Source: Thermococcus kodakarensis KOD1 (GTDB lineage: Archaea > Methanobacteriota_B > Thermococci > Thermococcales > Thermococcaceae). From it: 32,000 bases of DNA. The notes below the pieces were generated by a model. It had not been told where the DNA came from and ran no database searches. It saw only the letters and a program-made list of their open reading frames with translations. The position numbers and the translations under genes are program-made. Positions 22,576-31,679 of the stretch are shown piece by piece. The stretch lies in assembly GCF_000009965.1 (NCBI RefSeq), contig NC_006624.1, positions 1,980,001 through 2,012,000 on the forward strand, in the 5' to 3' direction. Within the stretch, counting starts at the first letter, position 1, and every line of letters starts with the position of its first letter.

Positions 22576-23076
22576 ATGAGCACATCAGCCAGAGAGGCCA
22601 GCAGAAGGATTCCCCTCGCGATGGTCGTGATAAGGCCGGCGAAGCTCTTCGACATCCCTGAGGTTATGAGGATAGAGCGCGAATCTTTCCGCGAGGCCTA
22701 CCCGAGAGGGATTTTCTTAATGTTTCTCGAGAACAATCCCGAAACCTTTCTCGTGGCGGAGTACAACGGGAAGGTTGTTGGCTACGTGATGGGCTACCTC
22801 AGACCAGACCTTGAAGGACACATAATGAGCATAGCCGTTGATAAAGAGTACCGGGGCAACGGGATAGGTTCTGCCCTCCTATCTGAAGCCATTGAAAGAC
22901 TCATAAAGAGGGGCGCCCGCTACATCGGCCTGGAAGTCAGGGTGAGCAACGAAAACGCGATAAGGCTCTACGAACGCTTTGGCTTCAGGAAGGTTAAGAG
23001 GATTATAGGTTACTACTCCGACGGCGAGGATGCCTACTACATGCTACTCCCAGCGGAGGAATGGAGGGGAAGCTGA
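22576..23076 (+). CDS. rimI: N-terminal acetyltransferase (Ard1/RimI family GNAT)
   Basis: Acetyl-CoA motif YRGNGIGSALL and a C-terminal GYYSDGEDAYYM, very like archaeal Ard1. ATG 22576 sits ~25 nt downstream of a CTTTTAAGG TATA-like box, suggesting a leaderless mRNA. ATG 22621 is an alternative start. Confidence 0.85.
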   Translation: MSTSAREASRRIPLAMVVIRPAKLFDIPEVMRIERESFREAYPRGIFLMFLENNPETFLVAEYNGKVVGYVMGYLRPDLEGHIMSIAVDKEYRGNGIGSALLSEAIERLIKRGARYIGLEVRVSNENAIRLYERFGFRKVKRIIGYYSDGEDAYYMLLPAEEWRGS

Positions 23077-23582
23077 TGATAATCTTCTACCTGAGCGGCG
23101 ACAGGGTCTTCTCAACCGATCAGAACGCGATAAACGGGCTCTACAACAAGCGATACTTTGGAAAGGTCGTTGAGGGTAAGCTGTTTCTATCTCTTCTAGA
23201 AGCGGCCTATCTAGTGGAGCGCGGCAAGATTGAGGTCAGGGACGGCAAGAGGAAGCTCTCGCTTGAGGAGATAATGAACCTCGGCAGGGCCAGGGATGAG
23301 CTCTTTGATGCAAAATATCTCGTCTACAAGGACCTGAGAGATAGGGGCTACACTGTGAAGTCCGGCCTGAAGTTCGGCTCCCACTTCAGGGTCTACCGGA
23401 GGGGAATGGAAGAGCACTCCGAGTGGCTCGTCTGGGTTGTCCCCGAGAACTCCAGGTTAAGTCCAAACGACATAACCGCTCGCGTCAGGGTGGCTCACGG
23501 CGTGAGGAAGAACATGATAATGGCGATAGTTGACGAGGACGCCGACGTGACCTACTACAAGGTCGAGTGGGTGAAGTTCTAG
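23076..23582 (+). CDS. endA: tRNA-splicing endonuclease, homotetramer-type subunit
   Basis: A ~168-aa protein with the C-terminal catalytic region GLKFGSHFRVYRRG...HSEWLVWV...VAHGVRKNMIMA. ATG 23076 overlaps the rimI stop (TGATG) and has GGAGGGGA upstream. ATG 23061 is the alternative start. Confidence 0.9.
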   Translation: MIIFYLSGDRVFSTDQNAINGLYNKRYFGKVVEGKLFLSLLEAAYLVERGKIEVRDGKRKLSLEEIMNLGRARDELFDAKYLVYKDLRDRGYTVKSGLKFGSHFRVYRRGMEEHSEWLVWVVPENSRLSPNDITARVRVAHGVRKNMIMAIVDEDADVTYYKVEWVKF

Positions 23583-23584
23583 AC

Positions 23585-24424
23585 TCATTCGGCTTTTTCT
23601 TGGAGGGATTCAAACTCCCTCCTCAGCAGGTTCCACTCCCTCTCATTGAAGGATGCCTTCTCGGCGGGCACTAAGATCACAGTGTTGGTAATGAGGGCAT
23701 AGTCCTTTAGGGCTGAAAGGAACTTGTAGACGGGAATAAAGCCGTTTTCGATAACTAGGTATTCAAGACCATCGAGATAAATAAGCTTTGGGGTTTCCTC
23801 CCGCCGCATGAAATTGACCAGGGTGTGGAGCAGGTACTCAAGCCTGCGGGGATTAACACAGCCCTCGCTGCATTCAGCGGCTGTAATCCACAAAACCGGA
23901 ACCTCTTTAATGTTAAGGGCCTTTCTCACGCTTTTTGGCATTGTACGGGTTATTATGAGAGGAGCACGGCCCTTAATAAGCTTTGACAGAAGGTTGGGGC
24001 CTGAACCAGAGGGGGTAATATACACTCCGGGGGACATCTCTTCGGGCTCGCCCTCTATCTCCACAACGGGAACGAGCTCGTATCTCCTTGTTATGGACGA
24101 TATTATACCTGCCCAGCCGAAAATCATAGGAAAGAGCCCTATGAAGAGGAGGAGGTTCCCAATAGTGCCGAGGAAATTCTCCGTACTCTGCTCTAAGTGG
24201 ATAAACCCTGCATCGTTGAGGTCGAGGGGTAGGAAAATCGTCTTTGCCAGGGAGGTGAGTGAAAAACCGAGTGTGATTAAATCGTACGAGCGGGAGAACT
24301 GGGGATAGTGGGAAATAAATTGGTGTCTGTAGTACAAGCTAAGCAGGGTTATAGTGAGCAGCGCCACTAGGCAATCCCTGCTAGGCAATCCTGCAAGGAC
24401 GATGTGCATAATGTTGGCTGTCAC
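23585..24424 (-). CDS. DUF835-family membrane protein
   Basis: N-terminal TM helices are followed by a C-terminal domain with the DUF835-like pattern PVLWIT...VNPRRLEYL...LIYLDGLEYLVIENGF...LKDYA. GTG 24424 has AGGTG 6 nt upstream and CTTATAAAC further up. The segment is AT-richer. Confidence 0.65.
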   Translation of the reverse strand: MTANIMHIVLAGLPSRDCLVALLTITLLSLYYRHQFISHYPQFSRSYDLITLGFSLTSLAKTIFLPLDLNDAGFIHLEQSTENFLGTIGNLLLFIGLFPMIFGWAGIISSITRRYELVPVVEIEGEPEEMSPGVYITPSGSGPNLLSKLIKGRAPLIITRTMPKSVRKALNIKEVPVLWITAAECSEGCVNPRRLEYLLHTLVNFMRREETPKLIYLDGLEYLVIENGFIPVYKFLSALKDYALITNTVILVPAEKASFNEREWNLLRREFESLQEKAE

Positions 24425-24552
24425 GTCTTACACCTAAATATGTAATATGTGACAAAAGTTTATAAGCCCTTCCTGCTGACTTTATAATCTGAATCTTGAC
24501 TAAGGGTTGCAAAAACATAACAAAAATGGAAAAAATGTTCAAAGTTAGAACT

Positions 24553-25740
24553 TCACTTCAGGAACCCGGTCTTCTTTCCGAGGTCTTCGAAGGCATCTAT
24601 GACGTACTGAAGATCCTCCTTGCTGTGGGCGGCTGAGGGTTCGAGCCTAATCCTCGCAGTTCCGAGCGGAACTGTCGGATAGACGATCGCCTGCGCGAAG
24701 ATGTTGTACTCGTCGTACAGCCTTCTCGAGAACTCCTGGGCGAGCTTCTCATCGTAGAGCATAACTGGGGTTATCGGGTGCTTGGTGTTGCCGAGGTCGT
24801 AGCCGAGGTCTCTGAGGCCCTTCTGGAGGAAGTTGGTGTTGTCCCAGAGCTTCCTAACGAGCTCGTCACTCCTCTGGAGTATCTCAACGGCCGCTATAGC
24901 CGCTGCAACATCAGGTGGGTTCGGGGCGCTCGAGAAGAGGAACGGCCTCGCCCTCTGGCGGAGGTATTCGATAGCCTCCTCCGGACCCGCTACGTAGCCT
25001 CCAATGACACCGAAGGCCTTGCTGAGGGTACCCATTTCGAAGTCAACCTTGTCGTGGAGCTTGAAGTGGTCAACGATACCCCTTCCGCTGTCACCGAGGA
25101 CACCCTCACCGTGGGCGTCGTCGATGTAGAGTATGGCATCGTACTGTTCAGCCAGCTCGGCCATCTCCGGGAGCGGTGCTAAATCGCCGTCCATCGAGAA
25201 GACGCCGTCGCTGACGATGATTTTCTTCTTCTTGTCCTTGTTCTCTTCGAGGCGCTTCTTTAAGTCCTCCATATCTATGTGCTTGTAGATGACCTTAGGC
25301 GCACCGCTGAGGCGCATTCCATCTATGATGCTCGCGTGGTTGAGTTCTTCGCTGATGAACACACCGTCCTCGCCCTTCTTAAGGAGCGCGCTTATAGCTC
25401 CGAGGTTGGCGTTGTAACCGCTCTGGAAGAGTATGGCCGCTTCCCTCTTCTTGAACTTGGCCAGCTTCTCCTCGAGCTCCACGTGGAGCTCCATGGTTCC
25501 GGCGATAGTTCTAACAGCTCCAGCACCAACACCGTAGTCAAGGATAGCCCTTATGGCCGCGTATCTTATCTCCGGGTGGGCGGCTAGGCCGAGATAGTTG
25601 TTGGAGCACATGTTGAGAACTTTCTTCCCGTCAACTACAACCCACGGGCCCTGGGCGCTCTCAAGCTTTCTGATGGTTACATACAATCCCTTATCCTTGA
25701 GCTCCTGGAGCTCCTCCCTAATCCAGTCAAGCTTTCCCAT
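24553..25740 (-). CDS. kbl: 2-amino-3-ketobutyrate CoA ligase (glycine C-acetyltransferase), Kbl/BioF family
   Basis: An alpha-oxoamine synthase pattern with NNYLGL, DDAHG and the PLP lysine in GTLSKAFG. The start is trimmed to ATG 25740 (MGKLDWIREEL...), which has GGTGAT upstream. Confidence 0.88.
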   Translation of the reverse strand: MGKLDWIREELQELKDKGLYVTIRKLESAQGPWVVVDGKKVLNMCSNNYLGLAAHPEIRYAAIRAILDYGVGAGAVRTIAGTMELHVELEEKLAKFKKREAAILFQSGYNANLGAISALLKKGEDGVFISEELNHASIIDGMRLSGAPKVIYKHIDMEDLKKRLEENKDKKKKIIVSDGVFSMDGDLAPLPEMAELAEQYDAILYIDDAHGEGVLGDSGRGIVDHFKLHDKVDFEMGTLSKAFGVIGGYVAGPEEAIEYLRQRARPFLFSSAPNPPDVAAAIAAVEILQRSDELVRKLWDNTNFLQKGLRDLGYDLGNTKHPITPVMLYDEKLAQEFSRRLYDEYNIFAQAIVYPTVPLGTARIRLEPSAAHSKEDLQYVIDAFEDLGKKTGFLK

Positions 25741-25900
25741 GAGAATCACCGATGGTTCTTGGTCATTGAAGTATAAAAGTTTTGCAGTGGGCAGGTCAGT
25801 GCAGTTCCACGAGAAGACAATGGTTGGTTGGGTACAGCGTCCCAGTGAGACGGCAAAAGCCTTAAACTCCGGGGGCTCATAAAGGTTTAGGTGAAAATCC

Positions 25901-28501
25901 ATGTCCGAGGAAGTGAAGGAAGTTAAAATTCTCGAAAAGCCGTGGGTCGAGAAGTACAGACCCCAGAGGCTCGAGGACATAGTAGGTCAGGATCACATAG
26001 TCAAGAGGCTGAAGCACTACGTTAAAACCGGCTCGATGCCGCACCTTCTATTCGCAGGGCCACCCGGCGTCGGGAAGTGCCTCACTGGGGATGCTAAGGT
26101 CATAGCCAACGGCAGGCTCTTTGAGCTGGGAGAACTCGTTGAAAAAGTTTCCAAGGGTAGGTTCGGCCCCACACCAGTTGAAGGTCTCAAAGTCCTTGGA
26201 ATAGATGAGGACGGAAAGCTGAGGGAGTTCGAGGTTCAGTACGTCTACAAGGACAGGGCCGAGAGGCTGATAAAGGTAAGGACTCGCCTCGGTAGGGAGC
26301 TCAAGGTCACTCCCTATCACCCGCTACTCGTGAACAGGAAAAACGGGGAGATCATGTGGGTAAAGGCTGAGGAACTCAGACCAGGCGACAGGCTTGCCGT
26401 GCCGCGCTTCCTTCCGGCCATAGCTGAGGAAGACCCCCTGGCTGAGTGGCTTGGCTATTTTATTGGGGACGGCCACGCCGACTCGAAGAATAAAGTAATC
26501 ACCTTTACAAACACAGACCCATCTTTAAGGCAGCGCTTTATGGAGCTGACCGAGAGGCTCTTCCCAGATGCGAAGATCAGGGAAAGAATCCACAAAAACA
26601 GGGCACCGGACGTTTACGTGAACTCACGGAGGGCCTGGGAGCTTGTAAGTTCGCTTGGTTTGGCCGGGAGAAAAGCGGATAAGGTTTACATACCTGAGAA
26701 AGGCTGGGAGGGGATTCGCTCCTTCCTCAGGGCATACTTTGACTGCGATGCTGGAGTTGATAAGAACGCCGTAGTACTGGCAACTGCCAGCAGGGAAATG
26801 GCGGAGCAGGTGACCTATGCCTTAGCTGGTTTTGGAATAACCTCAAAGATAAGGGAGAAAAAAGTCAGGGGTAAGACATACTACCATGTCACAATCTCAG
26901 GTTCAGAGAACTTGGAGAGGTTTCTGAGCGAGATCGGCTTCTCCCACAGGGAAAAATTGGAAAGAACCCTAAAGCTCGTCAAGAAGCCCAACCCGAACCT
27001 CGACAGCTTGAATGTCAACTATGAACTTATCTCCTACGTTAGAGACAGGCTTAAGCTAAACTTCTCCGACGATAAGAGGAGCTGGAGCCACAGAAAGGCT
27101 AGAAAGATCTCGTGGGAGCTGATGAAGGAAATTTACTACCGCCTCGATGAGCTTGAGAGACTGAAAGAATCCCTCTCAAGGAGCATCCTCATAGACTGGA
27201 ACGAGATGGCGGAGCGGAGAAAGGAGATAGCGGAAAAGACGGGGATTAGGGCCGACAGACTCCTCGAGTACATTAAGGGCAAGAGGAAGCCGAGCCTGAG
27301 GAACTACATCAAGATAGCGAAGGCCCTTGGGATCGACCTTGAACCTACGATTAATGCCATGAGGGTCTTTGCAAGGAAGTACTCAAGCTATGCCGAAATC
27401 GGAAGGAAACTCGGCACCTGGAACTCCAGCGTGAGAATAATTCTTGAGAGCAACACGGAGAAGATCAAGGAACTTGAGGAAATAAGGAAAATCGAGCTCG
27501 AACTAATAGGGGAAATCCTCTCCGACGAGAAGCTTAAGGAAGGGGTAGCATACCTGATATTCCTCTCCCAGAATGAGCTCTACTGGGACGAGATAACCGA
27601 AGTGAAGGAGCTTAAGGGCGACTTCGTCATCTACGACCTCCACGTTCCAGGATACCACAACTTCATCGCCGGAAACATGCCGACGGTTGTTCACAACACA
27701 ACCGCTGCACTGGCTTTAGCTAGAGAACTCTTCGGTGAGAACTGGAGGCACAACTTCCTAGAGCTGAACGCGAGCGATGAGAGGGGTATAAACGTCATCC
27801 GTGAAAAGGTAAAGGAGTTCGCGAGGACGAAGCCGATAGGCGGTGCGAGCTTTAAGATAATCTTCCTTGATGAGGCAGATGCCCTCACACAGGACGCTCA
27901 GCAGGCCCTCAGAAGGACGATGGAGATGTTCTCGAACAACGTCCGCTTTATCCTGAGCTGTAACTACTCCTCAAAGATCATCGAACCCATACAGTCGAGG
28001 TGTGCCATCTTCCGCTTCAGACCGCTCCGCGATGAGGACATAGCGAAGCGCATCAGGTACATAGCCGAAAATGAGGGTCTCGAGCTCACCGAGGAAGGCC
28101 TGCAGGCGATACTCTACGTCGCTGAGGGCGATCTCAGGAGGGCAATCAACGTCCTTCAGGCGGCAGCAGCCCTCGACACGAAGATAACCGACGAGAACGT
28201 CTTCCTCGTGGCCAGCAGGGCGAGGCCTGAAGACGTACGTGAAATGATGACCCTTGCTCTGGAAGGCAACTTCCTGAAGGCCAGAGAGAAGCTGAGGGAT
28301 ATCCTGTTAAGGCAGGGCCTCAGCGGTGAAGATGTCCTCATCCAGATGCACAAGGAGGTCTTCAACCTCCCGATTCCCGAGGACAAGAAGGTGGCCCTGG
28401 CGGACAAGATAGGAGAGTACAACTTCCGCCTGGTTGAAGGGGCTAACGAGATGATACAGCTCGAGGCACTCCTTGCCCAGTTCACGATTATGGGTAAGTG
28501 A
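25901..28501 (+). CDS. rfcS: Replication factor C small subunit precursor, containing one intein. The mature extein product is ~326 aa.
   Basis: The N-extein ends in the P-loop FAGPPGVGK. The C-extein resumes [17 protein letters not shown]..., with DEAD-like FLDEADALT and SRC ([10 protein letters not shown]). Confidence 0.96.
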   Translation: MSEEVKEVKILEKPWVEKYRPQRLEDIVGQDHIVKRLKHYVKTGSMPHLLFAGPPGVGKCLTGDAKVIANGRLFELGELVEKVSKGRFGPTPVEGLKVLGIDEDGKLREFEVQYVYKDRAERLIKVRTRLGRELKVTPYHPLLVNRKNGEIMWVKAEELRPGDRLAVPRFLPAIAEEDPLAEWLGYFIGDGHADSKNKVITFTNTDPSLRQRFMELTERLFPDAKIRERIHKNRAPDVYVNSRRAWELVSSLGLAGRKADKVYIPEKGWEGIRSFLRAYFDCDAGVDKNAVVLATASREMAEQVTYALAGFGITSKIREKKVRGKTYYHVTISGSENLERFLSEIGFSHREKLERTLKLVKKPNPNLDSLNVNYELISYVRDRLKLNFSDDKRSWSHRKARKISWELMKEIYYRLDELERLKESLSRSILIDWNEMAERRKEIAEKTGIRADRLLEYIKGKRKPSLRNYIKIAKALGIDLEPTINAMRVFARKYSSYAEIGRKLGTWNSSVRIILESNTEKIKELEEIRKIELELIGEILSDEKLKEGVAYLIFLSQNELYWDEITEVKELKGDFVIYDLHVPGYHNFIAGNMPTVVHNTTAALALARELFGENWRHNFLELNASDERGINVIREKVKEFARTKPIGGASFKIIFLDEADALTQDAQQALRRTMEMFSNNVRFILSCNYSSKIIEPIQSRCAIFRFRPLRDEDIAKRIRYIAENEGLELTEEGLQAILYVAEGDLRRAINVLQAAAALDTKITDENVFLVASRARPEDVREMMTLALEGNFLKAREKLRDILLRQGLSGEDVLIQMHKEVFNLPIPEDKKVALADKIGEYNFRLVEGANEMIQLEALLAQFTIMGK
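26078..27697 (+). mobile_element. Intein (540 aa) with a LAGLIDADG homing-endonuclease domain, inserted in the RFC Walker A motif (GK/TT)
   Basis: Splice junctions are GVGK|CLTGDAKV and TVVHN|TTAAL (Cys1, terminal His-Asn, +1 Thr). Block B is VTPYHPLLV. The dodecapeptide motifs are [11 protein letters not shown] and [12 protein letters not shown]. Blocks F/G are FVIYDLHV and GYHNFIAGN. Confidence 0.93.
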
Positions 28502-28506
28502 TCCCT

Positions 28507-30006
28507 ATGACGGAAGTCCCATGGGTTGAAAAATACAGACCTAGGAAGCTCAGCGAGATAGTAAACCAGGAGAAAGCGTTAGAGCAGGTTAGGGCGTGGG
28601 TCGAAGCCTGGCTCCACGGAAATCCGCCGAAGAAGAAGGCCCTCCTTCTAGCAGGCCCCCCTGGAGTCGGCAAAACGACCACCGTCTATGCCCTGGCCAA
28701 CGAGTACGGCTTCGAGGTCATCGAGCTCAACGCAAGCGACGAGAGGACGTATGAAAAGATAGAGCGCTACGTTCAAGCTGCATACACTATGGATATTCTC
28801 GGAAAGAGGAGGAAGCTGATATTCCTTGACGAGGCTGACAACATCGAGCCCTCTGGGGCGAGGGAGATAGCGAAGCTCATCGACAAGGCCAGAAACCCGA
28901 TAATAATGAGCGCCAACCACTACTGGGAGGTTCCCAGGGAGATACGCAACAAAGCCCAGATAGTCGAGTACAAGAGGTTGACGCAGAGGGACATCATAAA
29001 GGCCCTCGTGAGAATCCTCAAGCGTGAGGGACTCGAAGTTCCCAAGGAGGTTCTCTACGAGATAGCGAAGAGGGCTAACGGCGACCTGAGGGCAGCTGTA
29101 AACGATCTTCAGACCGTTGTTACCGGTGGAGTCGAGGATGCCGTTGAAGTCCTGGCTTACCGCGACACTGAGAAGAGCGTTTTCCAGGCGCTTGCCCAGC
29201 TGTTCGCAACGGACAACGCCAAGAGGGCAAAGTTAGCTGTTCTTGGAGTTGACATGATGCCTAACGAGCTTCTCCAGTGGATAGACGAGAACGTCCCGTA
29301 TGTCTACTACAGGCCTGAAGACATAGCGAGGGCCTACGAGGCGCTCAGCAGGGCTGACATATACCTCGGTAGGGCACAGAGGACTGGAAACTACGGCCTC
29401 TGGAAGTACGCGACCGACATGATGACGGCTGGGGTGGCGGTCGCTGGCATCAAGAAGAAGGGCTTCGTTAAGATCTACCCACCTAAGACGATAAAGCTCC
29501 TCACCGAGAGCAAGGAGGAGCGTTCGCTCAGGGACTCAGTAATCAAGAAGATAATGAGCGAGATGCACATGGCTAAGCTTGAGGCCATAGAGACCCTCCG
29601 CTACCTTAGAGTTATCTTCGAGAACAACCCCGATTTGGCGGCCCACTTTGTCGTTTTCCTCGACCTCAGCGAGAAGGAAGTTGAGTTCATAACTGGAGAC
29701 AAGGAGAAGGCGAAGACGATATGGGCAAAGAGCATGAACATTGAGAAGAAACTCAAAAAAGAAGGCGAGCTTGAGGCGAGAGCAAAGGAAGCCGAAAGAA
29801 GGGTGGAAGCGGCTGAGGAAGAGGAAACTATGGAAGCTGGGGAACCTGAAGAAGAACTTGAAGAAGTCGAGGAGGAAGAGTTAACCGAGGAGGAGCTTGA
29901 GGAAGCGGAGGAAGAGATAGAGACCGTTGGGAAGAAGGAGAAGCCCGAGAAGGAGAAAACCAAGAAGGGCAAGCAGGCGACGCTGTTCGACTTCCTCAAG
30001 AAGTGA
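28507..30006 (+). CDS. rfcL: Replication factor C large subunit
   Basis: WVEKYRP and Walker [11 protein letters not shown], an acidic and Lys-rich C-terminal tail, and a terminal PIP box QATLFDFL (29974-29997). ATG 28507 is preferred over GTG 28498. Confidence 0.95.
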   Translation: MTEVPWVEKYRPRKLSEIVNQEKALEQVRAWVEAWLHGNPPKKKALLLAGPPGVGKTTTVYALANEYGFEVIELNASDERTYEKIERYVQAAYTMDILGKRRKLIFLDEADNIEPSGAREIAKLIDKARNPIIMSANHYWEVPREIRNKAQIVEYKRLTQRDIIKALVRILKREGLEVPKEVLYEIAKRANGDLRAAVNDLQTVVTGGVEDAVEVLAYRDTEKSVFQALAQLFATDNAKRAKLAVLGVDMMPNELLQWIDENVPYVYYRPEDIARAYEALSRADIYLGRAQRTGNYGLWKYATDMMTAGVAVAGIKKKGFVKIYPPKTIKLLTESKEERSLRDSVIKKIMSEMHMAKLEAIETLRYLRVIFENNPDLAAHFVVFLDLSEKEVEFITGDKEKAKTIWAKSMNIEKKLKKEGELEARAKEAERRVEAAEEEETMEAGEPEEELEEVEEEELTEEELEEAEEEIETVGKKEKPEKEKTKKGKQATLFDFLKK

Positions 30007-30061
30007 ATTGTATTGCGAAAAATATAAAAACCCACTTTTCTTATATTTTCTGTGATATAAA

Positions 30062-31378
30062 ATGCTGAGCCGGGAAGAGCTTATTGAGGTGCTTGCCCCC
30101 TACAACTTTTGGGGTAGAGAGCAGGATACTGGCATCACGAGAGGAGATTATCTTAAAGATATAAGACGGAAGCTCTCCACGGGGAACGCCCTGGCTCTCG
30201 TGGGGGTTAGGAGGGCGGGCAAGACCACGTTAGCCCGTCAGTACCTGAGATTCCTAATAGAGAAGGGTCTTCCGCCGGAGGAGACGCTCTACGTTAACCT
30301 TGAGGAGCCTAGGTTCTATCCAGACCTGAGCCTGGAGCTTCTGGAAGAGATCTTCTCGGCGTTTAAAACCTACATCTCAAGGGGAGCTAGACCCGTGGTG
30401 GTTCTCGACGAGGTCCAGAACGTCGAGGGCTGGGAGCGGTGGGTCAGGAAGGTTCTGGATTTGGGTGAAGCCGAGGTCATAGTAACCGGGTCGAGCTCCT
30501 CCCTCCTCCGCTCCGAGCTTGCGACCCTCTTAACCGGACGCGTTTTAGTAACAGAGGTTTACCCCCTCTCATTCAGAGAGTTTCTCTCCTTCAAGGGGCT
30601 CCCCATTGAACTTCCTGCCCTTCTCGGAAGGAGGGGGGAGGTTGAGAGGGCCTTAAGGGAGTACCTTGAGTTCGGCGGGTTCCCGCAGGTCGTCCTAACC
30701 GATGACGAGGGATTGAAGAGGGAGCTTTTGAGGGAACTGTTCGAGGGAATAATCCTTAGGGACGTTGCCTACCGCCACGGCTTCAGGGACGCGAGGCTCG
30801 TCAAACTCGTCGCCGAGCTGGCCTTAAGCCGGTTCTCCTCTCTAGTGAGCGCATCAAGGCTGAGGAACGAAGTCTCGGGGATAGTTGGGAGAAAGGTCTC
30901 GCCAAACCTTGTAGATTCCGTCCTCGACGCAATGGAGGAGGCTTACCTTATCCACAGGGTTCCGATCCTCTCGCCAAAGGTGAAGGACGTGAGGAGGTAT
31001 CCGAAGAAGCTCTATGCGGTTGACACCGGGCTGGCCAACGTCATGATAACGCGGTTCACAGAGAACATAGGGAGATTGGCGGAAAATGCGGTGGCGAGGC
31101 ACCTCGTGCAGAGGCACGGGAGGGAGAACGTCTTCTACTACAGGAACGGCCACGAGGTTGACTTCGTGGTGAGAGAGAATCTAAAGATATCGAGGCTCGT
31201 TCAGGTGAGCTGGGACGTTGACGAGAGCTGGGAGCGGGAGGTGGAGGGCCTTGTCGAAGCGGCGAAGCACTTTGGCTTAAGCGAAGGGATCCTGGTAACG
31301 GGCTGGAAGTCCTGCGAGGAGAGGGTGAAGGGGATAAACGTCAGATGCCTCCCCCTGTGGAGGTTCCTGCTCTCTTGA
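30062..31378 (+). CDS. AAA+ superfamily ATPase of the COG1373 type with a C-terminal DUF4143 / PD-(D/E)xK-like module. It is a paralogue of the gene at 6900-8162.
   Basis: Walker A GVRRAGKTT, Walker B VVLDEVQ and C-terminal GHEVDFVV...LVQVSW. Its composition is host-like GC-rich, unlike the paralogue. Confidence 0.8.
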   Translation: MLSREELIEVLAPYNFWGREQDTGITRGDYLKDIRRKLSTGNALALVGVRRAGKTTLARQYLRFLIEKGLPPEETLYVNLEEPRFYPDLSLELLEEIFSAFKTYISRGARPVVVLDEVQNVEGWERWVRKVLDLGEAEVIVTGSSSSLLRSELATLLTGRVLVTEVYPLSFREFLSFKGLPIELPALLGRRGEVERALREYLEFGGFPQVVLTDDEGLKRELLRELFEGIILRDVAYRHGFRDARLVKLVAELALSRFSSLVSASRLRNEVSGIVGRKVSPNLVDSVLDAMEEAYLIHRVPILSPKVKDVRRYPKKLYAVDTGLANVMITRFTENIGRLAENAVARHLVQRHGRENVFYYRNGHEVDFVVRENLKISRLVQVSWDVDESWEREVEGLVEAAKHFGLSEGILVTGWKSCEERVKGINVRCLPLWRFLLS

Positions 31379-31436
31379 TGTGGATCCTTTACTCCCCACT
31401 TCCCCTCTCGGTGAAAAAGGGCCATCTCAGGCCCTC

Positions 31437-31679
31437 ATGGAACTGAGGGCTCAAGATGCTTCGCTCATACCCCATGACAACCCTGTCTACGAGCTGGCGA
31501 TGGAAGAGGTTAGCATAGCCGAGGCCCTGAAGCTGGCGAGGGATATGCTCGAAAACCCTGAGAAGTACGGGATAAAAGAGAAGGATGAACGCAGAAGAGG
31601 GGAGAAAGCCGCCGAGATGCTGAGGAAGACGATGGAAGAGGGAAAGGTCGTCGGGTTCTTCCACAAGGAAAGGGCCTAA
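31437..31679 (+). CDS. Small hypothetical protein (~80 aa from ATG 31437; the ORF opens at GTG 31380)
   Basis: Host-like codon usage (AAG, GAG, AGG, ATA), whereas the overlapping minus-strand ORFs are Arg/Pro/Ser-rich junk. No recognisable family and no clear ribosome-binding site, so the start is uncertain. Confidence 0.4.
   Translation: MELRAQDASLIPHDNPVYELAMEEVSIAEALKLARDMLENPEKYGIKEKDERRRGEKAAEMLRKTMEEGKVVGFFHKERA

Noticed and set aside
25741-25980. N-terminal 80-aa extension of the kbl ORF, which overlaps the rfcS start
   Set aside because: Kbl/BioF homology starts at MGKLDWIREEL (ATG 25740, with GGTGAT upstream). The extension would run through the divergent promoter and into rfcS.
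29601-30035. 144-aa Ser-rich minus-strand ORF
   Set aside because: It is the antisense shadow of the Glu/Lys-rich tail of RFC large subunit.
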